A stretch of DNA of 43,587 bases from a virus (IMGVR_UViG_3300012942_000015:1-43587); one strand, 5' to 3'; counted from the stretch's first letter, positions 7,303 to 16,569 are shown. Translations and numbers: made by a program. The notes: generated by a model not told the origin, from the sequence alone.

Positions 7303-7642
7303 CGCCGACACGGTCCGCGCCTGGCAACTCGTCCTCAACGACGTCGCGTACCAGGCCGGCCTCGACGCGCTGCGGAACCACTTCGCGGACCCGAACCACG
7401 GAACCGAGTTCCTCAAGCCCGCGCACATCACCGCACAGATCGTCGCCGCCGCACCGTCGGTGCAGCTGCCGCCTCGAGCTGGTACGGGGGAGTGCACGGT
7501 GCACGCCGGCTACCCGGTGATCACCGCCGACGGACGCTGCGACCAATGCCGGCGTCATCCCGAGGACCTTCTGCCGGACGCGGCACCGGTCGAGTACGTG
7601 CACTTCGACGCGGCCGCCATGACTGCGGGCAGGACCGCCTGA
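7238..7642 (+). CDS. Putative helicase loader/inhibitor-like protein
   Basis: MNLTETAQLLTIASTLD...VRAWQLVL...FLKPAHI pattern typical of the gene after the initiator; GGAGG RBS. Confidence 0.65.
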   Translation: MNLTETAQLLTIASTLDGIRRDADTVRAWQLVLNDVAYQAGLDALRNHFADPNHGTEFLKPAHITAQIVAAAPSVQLPPRAGTGECTVHAGYPVITADGRCDQCRRHPEDLLPDAAPVEYVHFDAAAMTAGRTA

Positions 7643-8124
7643 TGGCCGTCGCCGAACCGATCCAGGACCGCGCGATCGCCACACGCCAGAAGATTCTCGA
7701 CGCCGCCCAGAACGTCATCCTCGCCGACGGCGCATTCCGCGCCACCACAGCCGCCGTCGCCGCCACAGCCGGCGTGTCCATCGGCACCGTCTACCGGTAC
7801 TTCGAAGACATGCCCGCGATCCTCCACGAGCTCGGCTGGGCCGCCATCCGCATCAGCCCAGGAAAGGACGACCCGATGCCGACATCCGTGCTGCCCAGCA
7901 GCTTCCAGATCGAAGCCGAATACCTCCACCTGTACGTCGGTCGCCGCATCGCCGTCCGCGTCGACATCGGCGCGATCCCGTTCACGATCCAGACCGTCCG
8001 CCACGAACCCGAGCGCCGCACCGTGATCGTGGAAGTCGATACCCCGATGATCGAGCCGCTCGAGATCGAGTTCGTTCCCGGCGACATTGTCGAGGTGCAG
8101 CATGTCGCACCGGTGATCGCATGA
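7642..8124 (+). CDS. TetR-type HTH fused to a small beta-rich domain
   Basis: TRQKILDAA...TTAAVAATAGVSIGTVYRYF is TetR_N; the C-terminus is unlike a TetR ligand domain. Confidence 0.75.
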   Translation: MAVAEPIQDRAIATRQKILDAAQNVILADGAFRATTAAVAATAGVSIGTVYRYFEDMPAILHELGWAAIRISPGKDDPMPTSVLPSSFQIEAEYLHLYVGRRIAVRVDIGAIPFTIQTVRHEPERRTVIVEVDTPMIEPLEIEFVPGDIVEVQHVAPVIA

Positions 8125-8495
8125 GGCCGTCCAACCCGCTCACACCCGAGCAGCGGTTCGTGCGCGACAAGGCGCGAGCCATGTCCGAGAAGCAGTTCCA
8201 GGCGGTCGTGGTCGCCTCCGCCGGCCGGCACGGCTGGCTGGTCTACCACACGTACGACTCGCGCCGCTCCGCACCCGGCTACCCGGACCTGCACCTCGTG
8301 CACGTCAACGCCGGCCTGTCCGTGTTCCGAGAGCTGAAGACCGAGACCGGGCGCCTCTCACCCGACCAGCGCACCTGGCTGGAGGCGATCACCGCGACCG
8401 GCGGCGACGCCGCCGTGTGGCGGCCCATGGACTGGTTCACCGGCCACATCGGCGACTTCCTCGCCGCACCCAACAGAGAAAGGCACCACCTGTGA
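8121..8495 (+). CDS. VRR-NUC nuclease
   Basis: MSEKQFQ...GYPDL...FRELKTETGRLSPDQRTW...VWRP. Confidence 0.88.
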   Translation: MRPSNPLTPEQRFVRDKARAMSEKQFQAVVVASAGRHGWLVYHTYDSRRSAPGYPDLHLVHVNAGLSVFRELKTETGRLSPDQRTWLEAITATGGDAAVWRPMDWFTGHIGDFLAAPNRERHHL

Positions 8496-8737
8496 AGAAG
8501 AGCATCGCCATCGAAACCGACCCGCGCTTCCGGGACCGCGTGAAGGTCGTCGTCATCGTCGAAGGCGACTTCGCCGACGTCGTCACCGACACGATGGCCG
8601 CGTTCGAGGAGACGTCGAAACGCCTGCAGCGCCTGAGTGACGAGCGTGAGGCGCGCGCTGCGCACAGGCGCGGAAACGGCGGCGCAGTGTCACCCGATCA
8701 CCCGAAGTGCCCGCCGGCGACTCCTCCCGCAGCGTGA
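8492..8737 (+). CDS. Hypothetical protein
   Basis: GTGA overlap; AAAGG RBS. Confidence 0.6.
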   Translation: MKKSIAIETDPRFRDRVKVVVIVEGDFADVVTDTMAAFEETSKRLQRLSDEREARAAHRRGNGGAVSPDHPKCPPATPPAA

Positions 8738-8994
8738 TGCCCGCCCCGACCGTGGCCGATCTGATCGACTTCGCCGCCGCCCACGAGGGCTGGCCGCGCG
8801 GCCGACTCGAGGAGGCGATCAGGACCCGGTTCGGGGTGTCACCGGCCCGCTACTACCAGCTCCTCCACCGTGCCGCCGGCACCCGCGACGCGGCAGAGCA
8901 CGACCCGACCACCACCCGGCGCATCCTCACCCGGATGGGTGCGCACCTGAAACACCGACAGGAGAGAACACCATGGCCGAATTCTTCGAACTGA
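8737..8994 (+). CDS. DUF3263-like protein
   Basis: LIDF...EEAIRTRFGVSPARYYQLL...AAEHDP. Confidence 0.75.
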   Translation: MPAPTVADLIDFAAAHEGWPRGRLEEAIRTRFGVSPARYYQLLHRAAGTRDAAEHDPTTTRRILTRMGAHLKHRQERTPWPNSSN

Positions 8995-10346
8995 ACCCCG
9001 GACAGCTCACCTTCGACGCCGGCACCAACGTGCGCGCCGACCTGCGCCTGAACAAACAGTTCCTGAAGTCCGTGGAAACCAACGGCGTCGTGCAACCCAT
9101 CGTCGCCTACCCCGACCCGGACACACCCGGCCTGTACCGGGTCTGGTTCGGTCACCGCCGCACCGCGGCCGCCGTGCAGCTCGGACTCGACACCATCCCG
9201 GTCGTCGTCGTCGACAAGCCCGAAGACCCCGACCGGGTCGCCGAGCAGCTCGTGGAGAACATCCACCGCGAGAACCTCACCACCGCCGAACAGGTCACCG
9301 GCTACAAACAGCTCTTCCTCGACTTCGGCCTGTCCGCGACCGCGATCTCGAAGAAGACCGCATCCCCGATCGCGACCGTCGGCGACGCGCTCCGCATCGC
9401 CCAGTCCGAAACCGCCACCCGGATCCTCACCGACCACCAGATCACCATCGGCGAAGCGCTCGTGTTCGACGAATTCGCCGACGACCCCGATGCGATCGAC
9501 CAGCTCACGCAAACCCTCGCTGATGACCCCGCACAGTTCGCCCATGACGCGCAGGTCCTCCGCGACGAACGCGACCGGCAGCAGCAGAAACAGGACATCG
9601 AAGACGAACTCGACGCCGCCGGCATCACGATCATCGACCCGCCCACCTACAACGACAAGACCTGGCGCCGCGCCGACAGCCTCACGATCGGCGACACCCG
9701 CACCGAACTCGACGAAACCACAGCGCTCGCCGAAGCCGGAGACGACCTCGCCGGGTTCGCCCAGCTGGCCGGCGGATACGACGACGACGGGCACTGGGTG
9801 CAGCGCTACGAGAAGTTCTACGCGGTCAAGAACTGGCGCGACCACGGATGGCACCACTACTCCGACACCGCCACGCCTGCACCACTCAGCTCGGACGAGA
9901 AGGAGCAACGCCGCACCGCCCGCGCCAACGGGAAACTGTGGGCGTCCGCGACCACGGTCCGCAAGGAGTGGGTGAAGCAGCTACTCCAACGCCGCACCCT
10001 TCCCACCGACTGGGCCGTCGTCCCCGCCGTGTACACGGCCGACAACAACGAACTCCTCGCGTACCACGTGAAGACAGACGCGGCCGAGCTCCTCGGCCTG
10101 CCCGAACCGAGCTACAAACACAACCCGTTCACCGAGCTGCTGCACCGCAACATGCACCAGGTCCCGCACTTCATGCTCGCCGTCGGCGTCGCCGCCCACG
10201 AACGCTCCGTCGACGGCAACCAGGGCTGGAACACTCCCCGGGAAGCGTTCGGCCTCTACCTCGGCATGCTCGCCGCCTGGGGTTACACGCTCTCCGACCT
10301 CGAGAAGCAGACCATGGACCGCGTCACGAAGACGGACGAGCAGTGA
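8973..10346 (+). CDS. ParB/Spo0J-like nuclease-domain protein
   Basis: SVETNGVVQPI...GHRRTAAA...QLVENIHRENL; AGGAG RBS. Confidence 0.88.
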   Translation: MAEFFELNPGQLTFDAGTNVRADLRLNKQFLKSVETNGVVQPIVAYPDPDTPGLYRVWFGHRRTAAAVQLGLDTIPVVVVDKPEDPDRVAEQLVENIHRENLTTAEQVTGYKQLFLDFGLSATAISKKTASPIATVGDALRIAQSETATRILTDHQITIGEALVFDEFADDPDAIDQLTQTLADDPAQFAHDAQVLRDERDRQQQKQDIEDELDAAGITIIDPPTYNDKTWRRADSLTIGDTRTELDETTALAEAGDDLAGFAQLAGGYDDDGHWVQRYEKFYAVKNWRDHGWHHYSDTATPAPLSSDEKEQRRTARANGKLWASATTVRKEWVKQLLQRRTLPTDWAVVPAVYTADNNELLAYHVKTDAAELLGLPEPSYKHNPFTELLHRNMHQVPHFMLAVGVAAHERSVDGNQGWNTPREAFGLYLGMLAAWGYTLSDLEKQTMDRVTKTDEQ

Positions 10347-10410
10347 GCCGGCAGGTGCGCCGTGTCCCCGACGGCTTCGACTGGCCACTCGACATCACGC
10401 GAGGCAACTC

Positions 10411-10770
10411 ATGAGCGCCACCCTCATCCTCAACACGCTGCGCACCCTGACCCCGCAGTACTCGAACGAGGACGAACTGCAGCGCGCGCTCGCCGAAGCC
10501 CTCGAAGACGTGGGCGTGTTCGTGCACCGGGAGCATCTCCTCGACCTGGGCAACCGCATCGACCTTTACTGCCCGCTTTCCGCCACGGGCATCGAAGTGA
10601 AGATCAAAGGCTCGGCGCGCTCAGTGACCAGGCAGCTCACCCGGTACGCCGCATTCGACGAGATCCACGATCTCGTCCTGGTGACGACCCGGTCGGCGCA
10701 CCATCACGTGCCGGCGACGATCGGGACGACGCCGGTGCACCTGGTCACGTACGTCGAGGGCGGCCTGTGA
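10411..10770 (+). CDS. Putative PD-(D/E)xK nuclease-fold protein
   Basis: EDELQ...RIDL...GIEVK...QLTRY. Confidence 0.65.
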   Translation: MSATLILNTLRTLTPQYSNEDELQRALAEALEDVGVFVHREHLLDLGNRIDLYCPLSATGIEVKIKGSARSVTRQLTRYAAFDEIHDLVLVTTRSAHHHVPATIGTTPVHLVTYVEGGL

Positions 10771-12509
10771 GAACGTACGGCACCTACAAGTACACGGGCC
10801 CTGTGCCGGGGTCGCGTGCGCGTGGCCGGTGGACGCTCGAGCTTGAGCCGGCGGTGCGGCAGCGTGCACGCCGCATCTTCGGTCGCGTGTCGGAGGACCG
10901 GCGCACGGCGCTGTTCATCACGGACACGATCGAGGTGGCCCGCGACCTGACCTGGCTGATGGAGCGGTGGCCGCTTCGCCCGGTCGACGTGCACTCGGAG
11001 CGTTGGCTGCGGCAATCGTCGGAAGAGCACGCCCGGCAGGAGCAGCTGATCGGCGAGATCGTCACCGGCCAGTACGAGCGGCGTGACCTTCCGTCGAAGC
11101 CGGCGAAGGAGCCGCGCGACTACCAGCTCGACGCGATGCAGATGCTCCGCATTCGCGGCCGCTACCTCCTCACCGACGAGGTCGGCCTGGGGAAGACGTT
11201 CACCGGCCTCCTCGGTCTCGTGCACGCGGACGCCCTGCCAGCGCTCGTCGTGCCGCCCACGCACCTGCCGCGCCGGTGGGAGACCGAGCTGAAGGACGCG
11301 TTCCCGTGGCTGACGTACGAGATCGCGAAGTCCACGAAACCGTCGATCCGCGCGAAGACGGGCGTGCTCGCTGACGTCACGATCGTGCCGTACTCGAAGT
11401 TGCACGGGTGGGCTTCGACGCTCGCGAACCAGGTCCGCACGGTCCTGTTCGATGAGGCGCAGGAGCTCCGCAACGGCATCGCCACCGACAAGGGCCGTGC
11501 GGCCGCCCGGGTTGCGGACAATGCGGCCTACGTGATGGGCCTGACCGCGACGCCGGTGTACAACTACGGCAACGAGATCTGGAACGTGATGGACATCATC
11601 GCTCCCGGATGCTTGGGCAACCGTGAAGAGTTCTCCCGCGAGTGGGGCGGCCAGTCGTTGCCGAACGGCCGGCAGCTGGTGAAGGACCCGGCCGCGCTCG
11701 GCTCCTACCTTCGGGAGAACGGGTTCATGCTCGGCCGTACCCGCGCCGACGTCGGACGTGAACTGCCGAAGACGGTGAAGAACTCGATGCTGGTCGAGTC
11801 GAACCACGCCGAGCTCGACAAGGTCATCGGCGACAGCAAAGCCCTCGCCCGCATGATCCTCGACACGGCCACGGACAAGACGGAACGGTTCCGCGCGTCC
11901 GGGCAGATCGACTGGATGCTGCGCGAAGCGACCGGCGTCGACAAGGCACCGTTCGTGGCCGAGTTCGTGCGACTGCTCCTCGAGTCGGAGGAGAAGGTTG
12001 TCCTATGGGGCTGGCACCGCCGCGTCTACGACATCTGGCTTCAGCAGCTGGCCGACTTCAACCCGACCATGTACACCGGCACCGAGTCCCCGAAGCAGAA
12101 GGCGGCCGCGGAGGAAGCGTTCTGCACCCCGATCACGGACGACAACCGCGACACCGCCGCCCGGGTGCTGATCATGTCGCTGCGCTCCGGCGCCGGCGTC
12201 GACGGCCTCCAGGAGCACGCACGCGTCGGCGTGTTCGGGGAACTCGACTGGTCGCCGCAGGTGCACGAGCAGGCGATCGGCCGGCTCCGCCGGGACGGCA
12301 TGGGCGAGGACCCGGCCGTCATCTACTTCCTGAACTCGCCGGAGGGGTCCGACCCGGCGATCATGGACGCCCTCCAAGTGAAGCGCCAACAGTCCGAACC
12401 GATGATCTCGGCCGACGGGAAGCTCTTCAGCAACGCCACCGTCGACACGTCCCGCGCCCGCCGTCTCGCCGAGCACATCCTCGGCATCACCCCGAAGGAA
12501 CCCGAATGA
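10767..12509 (+). CDS. SNF2-family helicase
   Basis: DEVGLGKT, DEAQ, LTATP, GVDGLQ, DWSP and QAIGRLRRDG motifs. Confidence 0.92.
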   Translation: MRTYGTYKYTGPVPGSRARGRWTLELEPAVRQRARRIFGRVSEDRRTALFITDTIEVARDLTWLMERWPLRPVDVHSERWLRQSSEEHARQEQLIGEIVTGQYERRDLPSKPAKEPRDYQLDAMQMLRIRGRYLLTDEVGLGKTFTGLLGLVHADALPALVVPPTHLPRRWETELKDAFPWLTYEIAKSTKPSIRAKTGVLADVTIVPYSKLHGWASTLANQVRTVLFDEAQELRNGIATDKGRAAARVADNAAYVMGLTATPVYNYGNEIWNVMDIIAPGCLGNREEFSREWGGQSLPNGRQLVKDPAALGSYLRENGFMLGRTRADVGRELPKTVKNSMLVESNHAELDKVIGDSKALARMILDTATDKTERFRASGQIDWMLREATGVDKAPFVAEFVRLLLESEEKVVLWGWHRRVYDIWLQQLADFNPTMYTGTESPKQKAAAEEAFCTPITDDNRDTAARVLIMSLRSGAGVDGLQEHARVGVFGELDWSPQVHEQAIGRLRRDGMGEDPAVIYFLNSPEGSDPAIMDALQVKRQQSEPMISADGKLFSNATVDTSRARRLAEHILGITPKEPE

Positions 12510-12685
12510 ACCCCTGGATCATCGCCGCCTGGACGTCAGCGATCTGCCTCTCCGTGCTGGTTGTCGCGATCAACACGGCCATCATCGTCGCGGTCGTGCG
12601 CGCGCTGCGCGCCGCCCCGAAAGAACCCGGCCGGAAGGAGATCGACCACACGACGACGATCCTCTCGACCCGGAACAAGAAGTGA
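12506..12685 (+). CDS. Small membrane protein
   Basis: ATGA overlap; one long TM segment. Confidence 0.65.
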   Translation: MNPWIIAAWTSAICLSVLVVAINTAIIVAVVRALRAAPKEPGRKEIDHTTTILSTRNKK

Positions 12686-13395
12686 CCGCCTACCAGTACC
12701 CGGCCTGGGTGATCCCCGTCCACACGGCAACGTGCCTGCGCACGGGCGTGCGCGGCGGGCACGACGCGGCCCGTCCGGCGCAACCGGGCAGCGACCTGTG
12801 CACCGGATGCCATCGTGCGTTCCAGAGGCTCCTGATCGACCTCTCCGCGTACCCGTCCGTGCTCGCCGACCACATCACCGCACGCCGCGGCACCCGGTAC
12901 GACACGACCCGGGTGCAGTCATCACCGACCGACTACGCACCGACCTACAACCGTGCCGCCGACGTCGCGCTCGCCGAGCTCGACGACTGGACCTTCTCGC
13001 TTGTGCGCACGATCCGGCGCGAATGCCCGCAGATGTCGCCCGTGCACCGCAGCATGCGCGCGGGGGAAGCGCTCCTCGCGATGGCCCGCTGGCACACCGG
13101 ATGGCTCTCCCACTATCCCGGCCTCGGTCCGTCCTGGCTTGGCGACATGATCCGGCTCCAGTCCATGTGCCGGCGCGCCCTCGACGCGCACGCACCCCGC
13201 TTCCGGCGCGTCCTGATCCGCGAAGGCGTGTGCATGCAAGAAGTCGAAGACACCGACCTCGGCCCCATCATCTGCGGTGCACCGCTCGTCGGCCTCATCC
13301 CGCCCGGTGGCGGCACACGGCCCGCCGAGATCGTCTGCTCCGCCGACAGCACCCACCAACGCATCCCCATCCAGGACTGGATCCTCACCCACTGA
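12682..13395 (+). CDS. Cys-rich hypothetical protein, possible late-transcription regulator
   Basis: LCTGC and C...CGAPL...IVC motifs; followed by an HTH gene near the end of the early operon. Function inferred from position only. Confidence 0.6.
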   Translation: MTAYQYPAWVIPVHTATCLRTGVRGGHDAARPAQPGSDLCTGCHRAFQRLLIDLSAYPSVLADHITARRGTRYDTTRVQSSPTDYAPTYNRAADVALAELDDWTFSLVRTIRRECPQMSPVHRSMRAGEALLAMARWHTGWLSHYPGLGPSWLGDMIRLQSMCRRALDAHAPRFRRVLIREGVCMQEVEDTDLGPIICGAPLVGLIPPGGGTRPAEIVCSADSTHQRIPIQDWILTH

Positions 13396-13406
13396 ACGGA
13401 CCGAAC

Positions 13407-13607
13407 ATGCCGCGCCCCGACCTCACCGGTCACGACAACTACTGGATCCCGATCGACGTCGCCGCAGCAGCACTCCAAGTCACCACCGCCCAGGCCTACG
13501 TCATCGCCCACCGCGACCGGTGGCGCCGCACCAACACCCGACCCCGCCAATACCTCATGGCCGACGTGAAAACCACCGCACAACGCAGAAGAAAGGCGCC
13601 CCGATGA
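13407..13607 (+). CDS. Small HTH-like DNA-binding protein
   Basis: WIPIDVAAAALQVTTAQAYVIAHRDRW...YLMADV. Confidence 0.65.
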   Translation: MPRPDLTGHDNYWIPIDVAAAALQVTTAQAYVIAHRDRWRRTNTRPRQYLMADVKTTAQRRRKAPR

Positions 13608-13804
13608 GCAACCCCCGCACGCCCCGATACTTCCCGCACATGAGAGTCCGCGGCGCCCGACGACGTCGCTTCGCTCCCTTCCAACGGCTCGCAGGCTCCT
13701 TCGACCAGCTCGCAGGCGCCTTCGACCAGCTCGGCCGAGCCAGCGCCACCGCGACCGCCACCGGCCGCCATGCAAGCGCATCGCTCGTCCGGTGGGTCCG
13801 CTGA
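13604..13804 (+). CDS. Hypothetical protein with an internal 21-bp tandem repeat
   Basis: ATGA and TGATG overlaps; LAG(S/A)FDQ twice at 13687-13733. Confidence 0.5.
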   Translation: MSNPRTPRYFPHMRVRGARRRRFAPFQRLAGSFDQLAGAFDQLGRASATATATGRHASASLVRWVR

Positions 13805-14231
13805 TGGGCATCCTGAACTACACAACGAAGATCGCCGTCGACAAGACCACGGGGGAGTGCGTCGGCCTCCTGTCGCGCCGAGGCGTCCGCTCGATCTCGA
13901 CCCTCTACGACGACACAGGCAAACCCGAGGGGCTCGCGTTCACGATGAACACCGAATACGGGCCTCGCCACTTCGAACTCCCCGTCCGCGTGCAAGGCAC
14001 CCTCGACGCCATGAAACGCGACACCACCGTGCCCCGCACCTAGTCAACCCGGCACAAGCCGAACGCACAGCCTGGCGCATCGCCGCCGACTGGCTCAAAG
14101 CCCAAGCCGCGCTCATCGACGCCGGCCTCACCACCCAAGACGAAGTCATGCTCCCCTTCATGGTCGACAACGGAGGCCGCACCATCTACGAGGTCGTCAC
14201 CACCCAACTCCGGAAAGAACTCGAAGCATGA
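13804..14231 (+). pseudogene. Phage protein gene split by a 1-bp frameshift near 14035
   Basis: First frame MGILNYTTKI...VPRT stops at 14043; another frame continues HLVNPAQAERTAWRIAADWLKAQ...EVMLPFM with no start of its own and couples to the next gene. Confidence 0.7.
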
Positions 14232-15067
14232 CCACACACGCCGACCTCATCTCCCACCTCCGCACCATGGGCACCGAAGACCGCACCGAAATCAGCGACG
14301 CACTCGAAACAGCCGCCAACGCGCTCGCCGAAGTGGACCGCTCCGCGACCAAGGCGCAGGAAGATGCGGGCCCTTCGCGCGTTACCCTCGCGGCACGTCG
14401 TGGCGGCAAGACGCGGTCGATGATCGATGCGATCCTCGCGCAGGCGAACGAGCGCGGCGTCGAGCTGACCATCGTCACGCCCGAGGAGACCACAGACGAC
14501 CGGGAAGCGCTCGCGAGGGTTATCGACCCGGCGATCTACATGAACATCAACCGACTTACAGGGGACAGCTGGAAGGCCAGCCTGCGAGCGGCCGATGCGA
14601 TCCTGGCGGCGGGTTTCCGTCGTCGCCCCACAGAACCCAGCGGGGAAGCGTTCGACGCCGCGGCGATTCTCGACGCCATACGGGCGTGGGTGAAGGACCG
14701 CTGGCATGACGGCCTGTTGCAGGCTCCGCCGGCACTTCTCGCTCTTCTCGATGCGTCTCCTGCCGCCCACCTGACCTCACGAGACGCCGAGAAGTGGGAC
14801 GAAGGCCGACAGGCGTGGGGTCGCTACATCACACGGTGCGAGGACGCCGATGCCGCAGGCTGGGGCGTCAACATCGAAGCACCCGTGAACCCGTACCGCA
14901 CCAAGCAGGGAGAAGCGAAGCGCATGACGTGTCCAGGATGCGGGCACGAGGTCTATCTCGATCCGCTCGACGGGTGGCGGAACGATTCGGACGGCTTCAC
15001 GTGTGAGCCACCGCGGACGACGCATTCTCAGCACATCGTGGGCGCCGAGCAGGGAGAGCAGGCATGA
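14228..15067 (+). CDS. Mosaic hypothetical protein
   Basis: ATGA overlaps; modular segments; internal RBS and ATG at 14924. Confidence 0.65.
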   Translation: MTTHADLISHLRTMGTEDRTEISDALETAANALAEVDRSATKAQEDAGPSRVTLAARRGGKTRSMIDAILAQANERGVELTIVTPEETTDDREALARVIDPAIYMNINRLTGDSWKASLRAADAILAAGFRRRPTEPSGEAFDAAAILDAIRAWVKDRWHDGLLQAPPALLALLDASPAAHLTSRDAEKWDEGRQAWGRYITRCEDADAAGWGVNIEAPVNPYRTKQGEAKRMTCPGCGHEVYLDPLDGWRNDSDGFTCEPPRTTHSQHIVGAEQGEQA

Positions 15068-15615
15068 GCACCGGAGCAGAACTGATCGCCGCTGAGCGCG
15101 ACCGGCAGATCACCAACGAGGGATACACCCCGGAAGACGACCGAGGGAAAGAGGTCCAACTCGTTCGAGCGGTGCAGTGCTATGTAGGCGTGTCGCTCAG
15201 AGACATTGCGGGCGCAACCAACCAGATCAATCAGGTGCCGATCATGTGGCCGTGGATGGACGAATTCTGGAAACCGACAGGCGATCCGATCCGCGACCTG
15301 ACGAAGTGGGGCAACCCGATCACGATGAGCGACGTCGGCGCCCAGTACCGATCGCTCGACGATCGCGGCGTCGCGACGCTCGTCGTCCGGGACTTCCGAG
15401 TGTTGGCGACGCGTGGCCGTCTCGCCTTCCCGAACTGGCGGTTCCTCGGCGGCCGACGCGGTGCGGTCGAGTGGACGTATCCCGGTCTCGACGAGATCCG
15501 TGCCGAGCTCGCCGGTCATGATCTCGCATGCTGGTGCCCACTGGACCAGCCGTGCCATGCGGACGTGCTGCTCGAACTCGCCAACGCACAGGTTGGGGAA
15601 GGGAACACACCATGA
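15064..15615 (+). CDS. Chimeric protein: phage protein N-terminus joined to a DUF4326-like C-terminus
   Basis: IAAERDRQI...WPW...WKP...RDLTK followed by KWGNP...LAGHDLACWCPLDQPCHADVLLELAN. Confidence 0.7.
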   Translation: MSTGAELIAAERDRQITNEGYTPEDDRGKEVQLVRAVQCYVGVSLRDIAGATNQINQVPIMWPWMDEFWKPTGDPIRDLTKWGNPITMSDVGAQYRSLDDRGVATLVVRDFRVLATRGRLAFPNWRFLGGRRGAVEWTYPGLDEIRAELAGHDLACWCPLDQPCHADVLLELANAQVGEGNTP

Positions 15616-15788
15616 GCGAACCCAACGCCCAGCACATCAACTGCCTGTGCGACAGCGAGCCTGTCTGCGGCGCACCTGACGTCAGTGCCTGCCCCGTCTG
15701 CATGCGTGAATTCGGGCACAGGGGACCGCACGTTCTCTGCGGCATGCCCACCCTGTCGGGTTCTGCCAGTACGGAGAAAGACACCTGA
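15612..15788 (+). CDS. Small Cys-rich protein
   Basis: ATGA overlap; six Cys in 58 aa. Confidence 0.55.
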   Translation: MSEPNAQHINCLCDSEPVCGAPDVSACPVCMREFGHRGPHVLCGMPTLSGSASTEKDT

Positions 15789-15802
15789 GCGGTGGCCAAC
15801 TG

Positions 15803-15890
15803 CCCGATGAGGCGCGGCTCGACGCTCTCGGTTACGTCAAGTAGACGATCTATGCGAACGCTGCTGGCCGAGGTCGCGGAACGGCTGCGC
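15803..15890 (+). pseudogene. Decayed paralog of the gene at 41918-42241
   Basis: PDEARLDALGYVK*TIYAN then LLAEVAERL, versus PDEARLDALGYVEQTIYAN...LLQEVAERL. Confidence 0.85.
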
Positions 15891-15917
15891 GCTCGTGCTG
15901 TGAGCGTTCAAGACTGA

Positions 15918-16406
15918 TCACATTTGCGCGAACGCTTGCAGGAAGGTGTCGTCGAGCCCCTCGAGCCATTCGATGGCTTCAGTATCCGAGTCGCCGCGCA
16001 CGGCAGCCGCCGCAGCTCGTTTTCCATACCGAACAGCCTGCCTCGTTGTTTGCGCCGGCCTGAACTCATCATCGTCCGCGATGACGCGCAGCACGTCCGC
16101 GTTCCAGAACGCGTCTTCCATCGACATCAGCGCACTTCGAAGACGCGTGTCCGGCATGAGAAGAACCGCGATGCTCAGGTCATGCTGCAACTTTCGATCA
16201 CCCACAGCGTCTGCACGGCGCTCATCAAACGCGTTGATGAGCTTCAGCACGTCCATCGCGCGCGACCGCAGGTTCTCACGATCCGCCCGCGCCTCCTCGC
16301 GCTTCGCCATCCGCAACGCCATCGAGTTCGTCGACAACGCAGCCAACCACGCGAACAACCCACCGACGCCGGCGCCAGCTACCGGACCGACCCAACTGAA
16401 GTCCAT
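15918..16406 (-). CDS. Membrane-anchored hypothetical protein, leaderless
   Basis: ATG at 16406 is 6 nt after TATGTT; N-terminal TM WVGPVAGAGVGGLFAWLAAL, then helical domain. Confidence 0.75.
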   Translation of the reverse strand: MDFSWVGPVAGAGVGGLFAWLAALSTNSMALRMAKREEARADRENLRSRAMDVLKLINAFDERRADAVGDRKLQHDLSIAVLLMPDTRLRSALMSMEDAFWNADVLRVIADDDEFRPAQTTRQAVRYGKRAAAAAVRGDSDTEAIEWLEGLDDTFLQAFAQM

Positions 16407-16541
16407 CGCCAAAACATAGCGCGACCCGAATCCGCGGCGCTCGCCGAAGCGACACGCCGAGAAACACGCGGTTGCACGGGGGATGCTTGACAAGCGTGCA
16501 AGATTACAGACCGTAAGCTTGCGCCACGCGCGTAGATGATG

Positions 16542-16569
16542 AAGGCCTCGCACCTGCGGGGCCTTTGTT
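16542..16569 (+). terminator. Terminator-like hairpin upstream of the late region
   Basis: AAGGCCTCGCA/TGCGGGGCCTT stem followed by TGTT. Confidence 0.55.

Noticed and set aside
14041-14043. TAG reassignment or readthrough
   Set aside because: The continuation is in another frame, and TAG ends normal genes elsewhere (4100, 17383, 26278, 33098).
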